Positions 1 through 8,853 of a DNA stretch of 47,757 nucleotides are shown one piece after another. Location: contig JBGGMJ010000163.1 in the NCBI GenBank assembly GCA_041288095.1, forward strand, positions 1-47,757. Reading direction: 5' to 3'. This stretch comes from Myxococcota bacterium. Its GTDB lineage: Bacteria; Myxococcota; XYA12-FULL-58-9; JALHOP01. The translations under genes and the position numbers were made by a program. Every line of letters begins with the position of its first letter. The first letter of the stretch is position 1. The notes below the pieces were generated by a model. That model was given only the letters and a program-made list of their open reading frames with translations, ran no database searches and was not told the origin of the DNA.

Positions 1-136
1 TGCCCTCGTCAGCCGCCTGCTTGAGGCGTGACTTGCGCGACGAGACGATCGCCATTTCGGCCATCGCGAAGAATCCGTTCACGAGAATCAGCGCGAGGAC
101 GACGATACATTCAACAATCGCTGCTGACGGGTCCAA
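1..136 (-). CDS. Hemolysin/CNNM (DUF21, TlyC/CorB-like) family membrane protein, N-terminal part only (runs off window edge)
   Basis: Not in the ORF track. Manual translation from TTG at 136 (GAGGAG upstream) gives MDPSAAIVECIVVLALILVNGFFAMAEMAIVSSRKSRLKQAADEG, the typical DUF21 N-terminus (NGFFxxxExAxVSxRxxRL). Confidence 0.85.
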   Translation of the reverse strand, partial: MDPSAAIVECIVVLALILVNGFFAMAEMAIVSSRKSRLKQAADEG

Positions 137-309
137 AGGCCCTACGCTCCTCGAATCGAGAATTCCGTGACGGGGAAACCTCGAGACTAACCCCTCGCCG
201 GCTCGCCTAGCAACCCGCGCTGCGCCTCAATTATCGGCCCAGCGCTCGTAATCGGGTGTTTCTCCGGCACAGGGGATGCAAGGTACGGCCCCCACCGAGG
301 TACGCCCGC

Positions 310-1854
310 ATGCTACTGGCAACCGCACTCATCGTCGCGACCCTCCCCCTCGGGGTCGTCCAGGTCGGCCCGGGGCGCACGTATACGACCATCCAGGCGG
401 GAATCGACGCCGCCGTGGACGGCGACACCATCGAGATCGATGCCGGGAATTACCCCAACACGGGGGTCAAGATCACCAAAAGCAACCTGACCCTCAAAGG
501 TGTGGGTGGTCGCCCTCATTTGTCGTTCACAGGCAACATTCCCAACGACAAGGGCATTCTCGTCGTCGAGTTGCCCACGGTCCACGACCTCACCATCGAG
601 AACCTCGAGATCTCCGGAGCCCAAGGCGCTTCGGGCAACGCGGCGGCGATTCGCTTCCAGGGCAAGAACCTGACGGTGCGCGACGCGTATCTGCACCACA
701 GCCAGAACGGCATCCTCGAGGGCCATGGGGACGTCAGCGGCAGCGTCGTGCTCATCGAGCGCACCGAGCTCGCCTTCAACGGCGTCGCCGACTCGGGCTA
801 CGAGCACAACATCTACATCAGCTCGAGCGTCGAGAGCTTCACGCTGCGCTACAGCTACTCGCACCACGCCAAGGAAGGGCACCTGGTGAAGTCGCGTGCC
901 CTCAATAACTTCATCATCGCGAACCGCATCATGGACGAGCTGCCGGTCGCCGATGGCGGAACCATGGACCAATCGAGCGCCCTCATCGATCTCCCGCAGG
1001 GCGGCCGTGGCTACATCATCGGCAACCTGCTGCACAAAGGCTCGAACAGCCAGAACAAGAACGCCGCCATCTGGTTCGCGCGCGAGAACGGCAACAACGC
1101 GCCGCACGAGCTCTACGTCGTCAACAACACTTACGTGAGCGCGACCGCGCTTGCTTCGACCGCGATGATCCTCGCGGCCCGCGTCGGCATCGCCTTCGTC
1201 GCCAACAACCTCGGCCTCGGCGACGGCGTCACCCTGTTGAACTTCGATCCCGCCGAGAGCGCCGCCGGCCGGGTCTTTACCGTCGTCAACAACTACGTCG
1301 ACGACGCACTCGGCCAGATCACGCTGTTCGACGGGGCAACATCCGCTCCAGCAGACATCACCTACAGCTATTCGGGCAACCAGCACATCCTCGATGCCAA
1401 GCTGGTGAACCGCGCCGGCTTCGATTGGCGTCTGGACACCGGCTCGCCGGCAATCAACAACGGCGTCGACCCGGGGAGCGCGCACGGCGTCGATCTGTCG
1501 CCGGTGGCGCAGTATCTTCACCCGACCACCGGTGAGACGCGACCACAGGCGGGCCCGCTCGACATCGGGGCGTACGAGGCGCAGGCCGGAACGCCCATCG
1601 TCGACGAGCCGGCAACGCCGACGCAGGAGGACGACGACGGGATCATCACCGGGCCGCCGAACCCGAACACCCCGCCCCCACCACCACCGGAGGCGGCGGA
1701 GAACACGGACGATATGCTGGCTGGAGGCGCGCGCATCGACGGTGTCTGCACCGAGGTCGGTGGTTCGTCGTGGCTCGCCATCGGCGTGCTCGCGGCTATT
1801 CTCGCCTTACGCGCTCGTTCAAGAAAGCGATGGTATCGCTCCAGTACGCTTTAG
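310..1854 (+). CDS. Secreted right-handed parallel beta-helix protein with choice-of-anchor-Q-like C-terminus, Pro/acidic linker and MYXO-CTERM-like tail
   Basis: GAGG then ATG at 310; motifs VGPGRTYTTIQAGID, GNAAAIRF, HNIY, GHLVKSRA, DIGAYE; PPPPPP linker; C-terminal GVC..hydrophobic helix..RARSRKR. Confidence 0.8.
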   Translation: MLLATALIVATLPLGVVQVGPGRTYTTIQAGIDAAVDGDTIEIDAGNYPNTGVKITKSNLTLKGVGGRPHLSFTGNIPNDKGILVVELPTVHDLTIENLEISGAQGASGNAAAIRFQGKNLTVRDAYLHHSQNGILEGHGDVSGSVVLIERTELAFNGVADSGYEHNIYISSSVESFTLRYSYSHHAKEGHLVKSRALNNFIIANRIMDELPVADGGTMDQSSALIDLPQGGRGYIIGNLLHKGSNSQNKNAAIWFARENGNNAPHELYVVNNTYVSATALASTAMILAARVGIAFVANNLGLGDGVTLLNFDPAESAAGRVFTVVNNYVDDALGQITLFDGATSAPADITYSYSGNQHILDAKLVNRAGFDWRLDTGSPAINNGVDPGSAHGVDLSPVAQYLHPTTGETRPQAGPLDIGAYEAQAGTPIVDEPATPTQEDDDGIITGPPNPNTPPPPPPEAAENTDDMLAGGARIDGVCTEVGGSSWLAIGVLAAILALRARSRKRWYRSSTL

Positions 1855-2761
1855 CGGCTTCTTGCCACACCAGCATCTGGAAAGCGTGACGGCCCTCGTA
1901 GACCCGCGCCGCGTGATCGACGCCTAGCTTGCTCAGCGCCTTGTCGAGTCGCTCGGTGTCGGCACGGATGGGATCACGGTCACCAACTCCAGCCGTCACC
2001 GCAGGGAAGGGGCGCTCCGGCGGACGGGTCTCTTCCTCGAGCACCCAGAGGGGATCGGCGAGGCTCGGCTCGTCCGGATGGTCGTCGGGAAGATAGGCGG
2101 CGCCGACGCCGGCGATGCGCCCGTAGATCAGCTCCGCGAGGCGTCCACTGGGCGCGTCGGTCTCGTCGCGGAAGCGCTCCGGCGAGCTCACTTGCAAAAT
2201 GCCGCAGGCGGGCGCGATGGCCGCCGGTACGATACCGCTGTTGTAGACGCGTCGGGCGTAGGGCTCGGACCGCTCGTAGGTCGCGGCGATGCTCCAAGCG
2301 AGGGCGAGGTTCGCTCCAGCGGACTCACCCGCCAGCACCAAGCGCGAGGTGTCGCCGCCATGGAACGGCGCGCTCTTCATCACCCACTCGATGGCCGCGG
2401 TCACGTCCTCGAACGCCGCCGGGAAACGATGCGCCGGCGACAGGCGGTAGTTGACGACGAAGGTTAGGTAACCGGCGCGCGCGAACTGCACGCCCGGGAT
2501 CCAGTGGGTGTCCTTCGAGAGGATACGGAAGCTGCCACCGTGGATGTAGACCACGACCGGCCAAGGCCCCGCGTGTCGCGTCGGACGGTAGATGTCGAGC
2601 AGGTGTGCGCGATGGCGGCCAGGTAGGTAGGGCACGTCGTGGACGATGTCCAAGGCGCGGCGCTGCTTGCGGGCACGCGGATGGAGTCGCGCGACGGCGG
2701 CGGCGCCCGTGAAGACGCGCTCGATGGCGACAGCGGCGATGCGATCAGCCAAAGCGGTCAA
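1796..2761 (-). CDS. Alpha/beta hydrolase (HSL-like esterase/lipase)
   Basis: HGGS oxyanion motif, GESAG nucleophile, GDRDP Asp, HAF His. TTG start overlaps the upstream stop codon. Confidence 0.9.
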   Translation of the reverse strand: MTALADRIAAVAIERVFTGAAAVARLHPRARKQRRALDIVHDVPYLPGRHRAHLLDIYRPTRHAGPWPVVVYIHGGSFRILSKDTHWIPGVQFARAGYLTFVVNYRLSPAHRFPAAFEDVTAAIEWVMKSAPFHGGDTSRLVLAGESAGANLALAWSIAATYERSEPYARRVYNSGIVPAAIAPACGILQVSSPERFRDETDAPSGRLAELIYGRIAGVGAAYLPDDHPDEPSLADPLWVLEEETRPPERPFPAVTAGVGDRDPIRADTERLDKALSKLGVDHAARVYEGRHAFQMLVWQEAAKAYWSDTIAFLNERVRRE

Positions 2762-3897
2762 TGCATGATCCTGTTGAGGTACCAGCGATTCCAGAGATCG
2801 AAAGGCGCGCGAAGCTGGATGACGTCACCGCGGATCTGGCGGTCGGCGACGCCGACATACTCGAGAAATTCGGCGTGCTCCTTGAGCGGTTTTACACCGA
2901 GATCGCGCTCGGCGTCCTTGAGGACGACTTCGCGCCGCGCGTCGATGAGATATTGCATGAGGGCGTGCTCGGGCGCCGCGTAGGCCCCGCGGTAGGTGAC
3001 GCCACGGCGGAGATCGAACTCGTCCCAAATGGCGTTGAAGACCGGCTCGATCTCGGGCCACGCGCCCTGCAGTGCCTGGTCGACGTCGAAGACGCCGCCG
3101 AGCGCCTCCATTTGGCCCAGCACGCGCTGCATGAGGTACGGGTGGCGGCCGGTCACGAACTTGATGAGCTCGAGGCCCTCGGGTGTCACCTCGGGCATGC
3201 CGGCGCGGACCAAGCTGTCGGCCTCACTGTTCCTGAGGAGGGCGAGCAACAAAGGTCGAGCCATGCGCAACGGGCTCGTCTTCTCGGTGATGAACTCGCG
3301 GAGCATGCGGCCGCCGGTGAGGACGGCGGCCGCTGGAGCGTACTGGACGTTCGAGCGCAAAAAGTCATTGAGCGGCGGCAGCGCCATGTCGAAGGTGCGC
3401 GTGGTCAGCTCGTCGCAGTTGTCGAGGAACAGCGCCGTGCGCGCCCAAGCTGGAGTGCCGGAGATGGTGTTCCAGAGCTCGTCGCACGACTTGTGAAAGA
3501 GTGCCCAAGGGTCCTTCTCGCGCGGGAAATCCGCCTTGGGAAACTTCGGAGGTTGGCTGTTGCCGTAGACGCGCGGGTCACTGATCGAGCGCGTCACGGC
3601 CTCCCAGAGCGCCTGCGCGAAGTTGCGCGACGCCTGCAGCGTCGTCTGCCCCGGATTGATCCGCGCGACGTCGAGGACGATGGGGACGAGCTTCGCCGCC
3701 TTCGGGTTACGCAACCATTGCAGCTGATTGGCGCCATAGAGCTGTTGCAGGACCGAGGTGCGACCCAGCTTCGGGCCGCCGCAGACCGCGAACATGCGGT
3801 TGGAAGCGAGACCCGTGGTGAGCGAGCGCATGGTGAGCTCGCGGCCGACGAAGAGGCCGGCTCCGCTGACGGGCCGATGGTAGACGTAGAAGCCCAC
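2758..3897 (-). CDS. STAND/AAA-like P-loop ATP-binding protein with variant Walker A
   Basis: FYVYHRPV..FVGRE N-terminus, GGPKLGRT, LFLDNCD Walker B, TGRHPYL (GxP), probable C-terminal winged helix. GAGGA SD before GTG at 3897. Confidence 0.7.
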   Translation of the reverse strand: MGFYVYHRPVSGAGLFVGRELTMRSLTTGLASNRMFAVCGGPKLGRTSVLQQLYGANQLQWLRNPKAAKLVPIVLDVARINPGQTTLQASRNFAQALWEAVTRSISDPRVYGNSQPPKFPKADFPREKDPWALFHKSCDELWNTISGTPAWARTALFLDNCDELTTRTFDMALPPLNDFLRSNVQYAPAAAVLTGGRMLREFITEKTSPLRMARPLLLALLRNSEADSLVRAGMPEVTPEGLELIKFVTGRHPYLMQRVLGQMEALGGVFDVDQALQGAWPEIEPVFNAIWDEFDLRRGVTYRGAYAAPEHALMQYLIDARREVVLKDAERDLGVKPLKEHAEFLEYVGVADRQIRGDVIQLRAPFDLWNRWYLNRIMH

Positions 3898-3980
3898 GCG
3901 GCAGTCCTCGCACAAACAGCGACGCGTTTCGAGGTGTGCGTGGGCGGACTGCCGCGCGGGCGGCCCGCGCCTTGCAGTCC
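3892..3980 (-). promoter_or_regulatory. Putative alternative RNA structures in the leader of the STAND-like gene
   Basis: Inverted repeats 3946-3952/3974-3980, 3946-3956/3897-3907 and 3938-3945/3892-3899. Confidence 0.35.
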
Positions 3981-4612
3981 TAGCCCAACGCGCTGACGAC
4001 GGCCCGGAAGAGATCGGCGCCGAGCGCCTCGGGGCCGAGATCGCGGGCCTCGACCAGCATCGTCTTGGCGCTCTCTTCGTCGATGCCTTGATCGCGCAGC
4101 GCCAACGCCAGCGTGTAGAGATAGAAGCCGCGCTCGCTTGCTTGTCCGCGAGAGCGGGCAGAGTCGATGAGCACCTCGAGTTGTTTGATGCGATCCTTGC
4201 GGGCGCGCTTGGCCTCGTCGGGCTGGCCCGATTGGTCGGCGATGCTCTCGATGAAGCCGAGCGCCGTCACCGAGTGGGAAGTCGGAGTCTCGGGGTAGGC
4301 GACCTTGCGCAGCTCGAGCAGCGCCTTCTGGCCACGTCCTTGGTGGTGATAGCAGAGCCCGAGCGAGGTGCGTGCCGCCGACGACCAGAAGGGGTGCTTG
4401 CGCTTGGCGGCCTCCTCGAAGCGCGCCACGGCCGCGACCAGGTCGCGCTCGCGGAACAGATGATCGAGGCCGATCTTGTAGAGCGCCTCGACCGCCGCTT
4501 CGCTGTCGGGATGCTCGCTGACGATGGTCTCACGCGTCTTCCGGAGGCCCTGCAGGTCGTGCTGGGCGTCGAAGTTCGCGAGGTCACTCAGGAGGTCGTC
4601 GAGCTTTGGCAT
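3980..4612 (-). CDS. Tetratricopeptide-repeat protein
   Basis: HPDSEAAVEALYKIG, AARTSLGLCYHHQG, YLYTLALAL helical repeats. Confidence 0.75.
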   Translation of the reverse strand: MPKLDDLLSDLANFDAQHDLQGLRKTRETIVSEHPDSEAAVEALYKIGLDHLFRERDLVAAVARFEEAAKRKHPFWSSAARTSLGLCYHHQGRGQKALLELRKVAYPETPTSHSVTALGFIESIADQSGQPDEAKRARKDRIKQLEVLIDSARSRGQASERGFYLYTLALALRDQGIDEESAKTMLVEARDLGPEALGADLFRAVVSALG

Positions 4613-4650
4613 GACGCTTTCGGCACCCTAACTAACAAACACCGCCCCGA

Positions 4651-5067
4651 CTAGGCGAGACCGAGCTCCTTCTTCAGGGCCTTGAGCCTCTTGAAGTACT
4701 CGTCGCGTTTGTACTTCACGTTCAGGATGTGGAAGTCCTTCTTGGCGAGGCCAACGCAGCCGAAGCAGTAGTTGCACTCGGTGCAACCGATGCTGCGAAT
4801 GAGATAAGCGCTCTTGCTGCAGCCCGTGCAGTCCGTGAGGTACGCCGACGAGTGGCACGAGGCGCAGCCGGTCGAGTGCGATAGGTTCGTGCTGTCGGTG
4901 CAGCTCGAGCAGTGCGTGCAGTGGTGGCAACCGGTGAGGTCGTCCGAAAACATGCAATGCGAGCACGCGCGGACGTTGGTGCTGGCGATGCAGCCCATAC
5001 TCGGCTGTTCGGCCTCGTAGGCGCGTTGGAGCTTGCCGAGCTCGCTCAAGAACTCCGTGCGATTCAT
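4651..5067 (-). CDS. Small Cys-rich CxxC-repeat (beta-solenoid-like) protein
   Basis: 138 aa, 15 Cys with a 3-residue C/S periodicity; ends CNYCFGCVGLAKKDFHILN..Y..DEY. ATG at 5067 chosen over the ORF-track start. Confidence 0.75.
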   Translation of the reverse strand: MNRTEFLSELGKLQRAYEAEQPSMGCIASTNVRACSHCMFSDDLTGCHHCTHCSSCTDSTNLSHSTGCASCHSSAYLTDCTGCSKSAYLIRSIGCTECNYCFGCVGLAKKDFHILNVKYKRDEYFKRLKALKKELGLA

Positions 5068-5147
5068 GGCGCCGGCACCGTAGCCCAAAACCTTTGGCTG
5101 CGGCAAAGAGTTGCGGCGGCCTCGATGGCGAAGGTAAATCGGCGCCC

Positions 5148-5693
5148 ATGAGCAGCGACGAGCGACGCGACCACGAGCGGATCGACATCCGCATGCCAAC
5201 ACGGATGTGGCTGGACGAGCAGTACCACGGCAAACCCATCCGCTTCGAAGGTCACTGCCGCACCCGCAACCTGGCCATCGGCGGCATCTTCCTCGATTCG
5301 AGCTACCTGCTGCCGAGAGGCTTCCCGCTCAACCTCGAGATCCAGCTCGAGACCGGCGAGCACCTGCTCGCCCGCGGCGAGATCAAGCACACGGTAAGCG
5401 TCGACGAAAACGCCGACGAGTCGGGCATGGGGCTCATCTTTACCCATGTCGACGCCGAAAACCGCGAGCGCTTGCTGCGCTTCTTCGTCTCCGATCGCAT
5501 CCGCTCGTTCTACGACGACCGCTTCATCGTCGAGTTCCCCCACCTCACGAACGTCCTGTCGCTTCAGGACATCGCCTTGGTGTTGAACCTCTGGGAGGAC
5601 CGCGACAATCGCCTCCTCGCCTTGAAGAACCTCGAGAAGGGCGGCACGTCGCTGCCGAAGCCCGCCCCCGTAGCCAAGAAGAAGGCGCGGTAG
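5148..5693 (+). CDS. PilZ domain protein (c-di-GMP receptor) with helical C-terminal extension
   Basis: RRDHER (RxxxR), NLAIGG (D/NxS/AxxG), GMGLIF. Confidence 0.85.
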   Translation: MSSDERRDHERIDIRMPTRMWLDEQYHGKPIRFEGHCRTRNLAIGGIFLDSSYLLPRGFPLNLEIQLETGEHLLARGEIKHTVSVDENADESGMGLIFTHVDAENRERLLRFFVSDRIRSFYDDRFIVEFPHLTNVLSLQDIALVLNLWEDRDNRLLALKNLEKGGTSLPKPAPVAKKKAR

Positions 5694-5708
5694 TATTCGA
5701 ACGCCACG

Positions 5709-7322
5709 ATGCGCGTGAAGATCCCCGAGTTGCCGCTGCCGCTGGAAGCGGCGGCCGACCCGATGCCGGCGTTGCACGCGCTCTTGAAGAAGAGCGGGCT
5801 TGGCGAAGGGGATTTGACGAGCGTGCGCATCTTGCAGCGTGCTCTCGACGCGCGCAAACGCCCGCCACGTTTCGTGTACACCGTTACAGCGGACTTGCAC
5901 GACAAGGTCGCAGGCAAGCTCGTTCGTAGCCGCAAGGCGGTGCCTTACACACCCGCCGAGCGCTACCGCTACCGCATCGCCAAGGCGCCCGATGGCCCAC
6001 GACCGGTCGTCGTTGGCGCGGGTCCCGCGGGGCTGTTCGCGGCGCTCACTCTCGCCGAGGCGGGGCTGCGACCCATCGTGCTCGAGCGCGGTCACGCCGT
6101 CGAGGAGCGAACGCGCGCCGTCAGCCGGCTCTACCAGCGCGGCGAGCTCGATCCCGATTCGAACGTTTGTTACGGCGAAGGCGGCGCCGGTACCTACTCC
6201 GACGGCAAGCTCTACACGCGCGTCGGCGATGCGCGCGTCGACCGCGTCCTCGAGCTCCTGGTCGAGCGCGGCGCCGACCCACTCATCCGCATCAACAACC
6301 GGCCGCACCTGGGCACCGACAAGCTCGTCCGTCTGCTGCGCAACATCCGCGCGCACCTCACCGAGCTCGGCACGACCTTTCGCTTCGACACCCCGCTCGA
6401 GGACTTCGACATCCGCGACGGCGCGCTCGCGGGCTTGAAGTTGCGCTCGGGCGAAAAGCTCGACGTGTCGCGGGCGGTGCTCGCGACCGGACACTCGGCA
6501 CGCGAGATCTGGCAGAAGCTCTTGGCGCACGGCCTGCCGCTCGAGTGCCGTCCGTTCGCCGTTGGCTTCCGCGTCGAGCATCCGCAGGCGCTGATCGACG
6601 ACGTCCGCTATGGTCAGCCGTCGGAGCGCGGTTACCTGCCAGCCGCTGATTACAGGCTCACCTACAACGAAGAGGATCGCGGCGTCTGGTCGTTCTGCAT
6701 GTGCCCCGGCGGCGTGGTGGTGACGACTCCGACGCACGCGAACGAGCTCTGCATCAACGGCATGAGCCACGCCTCGCGCTCGGGCAAATACGCGAACAGC
6801 GCGCTCGTCGTGTCGGTCGGACCTGCTGACTACGCGGCGGCCGGCCACGAAGGTGTCTTCGCCGGCGTGGAATTCCAGCTCGACGCCGAGCGCAAAGCCT
6901 ACGCCGCCGGTGGTGGCGACTTCGTGGCGCCCGCGAGCCGTGTCGCCGACTTCGTCGCTGGGACCGTTTCAGCGGACATCCCGGCGACGAGCTACCGTCG
7001 CGGGTTGCAGACCGCCGACCTCACGACGCTCTACCCCACGCCGGTCATCGAGGCGCTCAAGCGCGCCATGCAGCGCTTCAACCGCTCCCTCCCCGGCTTC
7101 ATCACCAACGAAGCGAAGCTCATCGGCGTCGAGACTCGCACTTCATCACCGGTGCGCGTGCCTCGCGACGACACCGATATGCAAGCCATCGGCGCGCGCG
7201 GTCTCTATCCGGCCGGCGAAGGCATGGGCTACGGCGGCGGGATCGTCAGTGCCGCCGTGGACGGGATCCGCGCCGCCGAAGCCGTGCTCGTCCATAGCGG
7301 CGCCGCACGCGAGGTTGTATAG
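5709..7322 (+). CDS. FAD-dependent oxidoreductase (COG2509-like NAD(P)/FAD-dependent dehydrogenase)
   Basis: VVGAGPAG, GEGGAGTYSDGKL, PHLGTDKL, FCMCPGG, GVETRTSSPVR, GLYPAGEGMGYGGGIVSAAVDG. Confidence 0.9.
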   Translation: MRVKIPELPLPLEAAADPMPALHALLKKSGLGEGDLTSVRILQRALDARKRPPRFVYTVTADLHDKVAGKLVRSRKAVPYTPAERYRYRIAKAPDGPRPVVVGAGPAGLFAALTLAEAGLRPIVLERGHAVEERTRAVSRLYQRGELDPDSNVCYGEGGAGTYSDGKLYTRVGDARVDRVLELLVERGADPLIRINNRPHLGTDKLVRLLRNIRAHLTELGTTFRFDTPLEDFDIRDGALAGLKLRSGEKLDVSRAVLATGHSAREIWQKLLAHGLPLECRPFAVGFRVEHPQALIDDVRYGQPSERGYLPAADYRLTYNEEDRGVWSFCMCPGGVVVTTPTHANELCINGMSHASRSGKYANSALVVSVGPADYAAAGHEGVFAGVEFQLDAERKAYAAGGGDFVAPASRVADFVAGTVSADIPATSYRRGLQTADLTTLYPTPVIEALKRAMQRFNRSLPGFITNEAKLIGVETRTSSPVRVPRDDTDMQAIGARGLYPAGEGMGYGGGIVSAAVDGIRAAEAVLVHSGAAREVV

Positions 7323-7332
7323 CGTGAGCCCC

Positions 7333-8343
7333 ATGCAGGCTATTTTGCTCTTCGGTGGCATGTCGGACGAGCGCCTCGTCGCGCTCGCCTCGGCACAAAA
7401 CGTCCTCTCGACCGTGCCCGGCTTCACGCCGTGGTTCATCGCGCCCAATGGCGCCGTCACCGAGGTGCCGGCCGCCGAGGTCATCGCGCACCAGAAACCC
7501 TTCGAGGTGCAGTTCGCACCCAAGGGTATGCCGTTCGCGGCCGACATCAAGACGGCGGTGAATAACGTCGCCGGCCGGCCGGTGTTCCTGTGCTTGCATG
7601 GTGATGAAGGTGAAAACGGCACCATCCAGAAGGTCTTCGAGGACGCCGGTGTCCACTATACCGGATCGGACTCGAAGGCCTCGGCGACCTGCTTCGACAA
7701 GCTCGCGACCAAGAAGGTCGTCGCTTCGCACCGCGTGCCCGTGGCCGAGCAAATCACCCTCTCCAAGGGCGACGCCAAGGCGGTCCAGGCGGCGATCACC
7801 GACTTCGTGGACAAGCACCAGAAGATCGTCGTGAAGCCAATCGCCAGCGGCTCGTCCGTGGGTCTGCACATCGTCGACCGTTCGAGCGATCTCCCCAAGG
7901 TCGCCTTCGCCGTGGCCACGTCCGGACACGCGTACATGGCCGAGATGTTCCTCGAGGGCCGCGAGATCACCGTCGGTGTCGCGCAACGCGGCGCCAAGCT
8001 CGAGCCGCTCTGCGCCTCCGAAGTCCTGGTACAAAAGGGCCGCGCCTTCGACTACCAGGGGAAGTACTTGGGCGACGGCATCACCGAGGTCACGCCCGCG
8101 AAGCTCGACACCGCCGAGACCAAGCAGTGCCTCGACTTGGGTGTCGCCGTACACCAGCACCTCGGGTGCTTCGGTTACTCGCGTAGCGACATGATCCTGA
8201 CCGCCAAGGGGCCGATCTTCCTCGAGACCAACACCCTGCCCGGCCTATCGAAATCCTCGTTCGTGCCGCAGCAGCTGGCGCACCGCGGCATCAAGCTCGC
8301 GGACTTCATTCAAGAGCAGTTGGCGTTAGCCCTGACACGCTGA
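7333..8343 (+). CDS. ddl: D-alanine--D-alanine ligase family protein
   Basis: FGGMSDER, LHGDEGENG, VVKP..SGSSVG, GREITVGV, FDYQGKY, ETNTLPG. Confidence 0.88.
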   Translation: MQAILLFGGMSDERLVALASAQNVLSTVPGFTPWFIAPNGAVTEVPAAEVIAHQKPFEVQFAPKGMPFAADIKTAVNNVAGRPVFLCLHGDEGENGTIQKVFEDAGVHYTGSDSKASATCFDKLATKKVVASHRVPVAEQITLSKGDAKAVQAAITDFVDKHQKIVVKPIASGSSVGLHIVDRSSDLPKVAFAVATSGHAYMAEMFLEGREITVGVAQRGAKLEPLCASEVLVQKGRAFDYQGKYLGDGITEVTPAKLDTAETKQCLDLGVAVHQHLGCFGYSRSDMILTAKGPIFLETNTLPGLSKSSFVPQQLAHRGIKLADFIQEQLALALTR

Positions 8344-8505
8344 CACCCTCGCCGAGCACGCCCCGCGTTGGCGCCGCCATCAGCCGCTGGTGGAACGGCA
8401 GTCCCGCGACCCTGCGGCCGCCTTCACCAACAGCGCTGCGCTCGAGCCCCCTGCCCGTCAGTCAGCGCCAATCGCTGCCGAAGCCGACCTCGGACAGCCT
8501 GCACA

Positions 8506-8853
8506 ATGAGCACACGCGCCACCGGCCGCATCAACGAGGCTGCTCCCGAGGATATCCAGAGGGTCTTCAACGCCGTCCGCGATAGCAACGTCGCGGGCTT
8601 GCACCGCCTCTCCACCTATGATCCCAAGAGCGAGTTCGGTCTGTGCTACGGCCGCGCCTTCTCCGGCTACGTCGAAGCGCTGCGCCACGGAATCTCGCGT
8701 GACGCCATCCGCAAGGTCTGGGTCGTCGGCCGACCGAACGGTCCGGTCACTCCGGGTGCCACGGTGCGGCACTTCTTGCGCGAAGACCGCGCCGACGTCG
8801 TTTTCTTCCGCGACCTGCTCGCCGAATTACGCAGGCGCGCCGGGCGCCAATAA
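8506..8853 (+). CDS. Small protein resembling a truncated protein-glutamine glutaminase-like (papain-fold) protein; possible pseudogene
   Basis: YDP..EFGLCYGRA and IRKVWVVG motifs, with no downstream W-x-x-H-V catalytic His motif. Coding-like GC3. Confidence 0.45.
   Translation: MSTRATGRINEAAPEDIQRVFNAVRDSNVAGLHRLSTYDPKSEFGLCYGRAFSGYVEALRHGISRDAIRKVWVVGRPNGPVTPGATVRHFLREDRADVVFFRDLLAELRRRAGRQ

Noticed and set aside
5064..6848. 594-aa - strand ORF, and similar long antisense ORFs (313-1521, 2761-3996, 34973-36079)
   Set aside because: Stop-poor shadow frames typical of high-GC DNA, lying opposite motif-supported genes.
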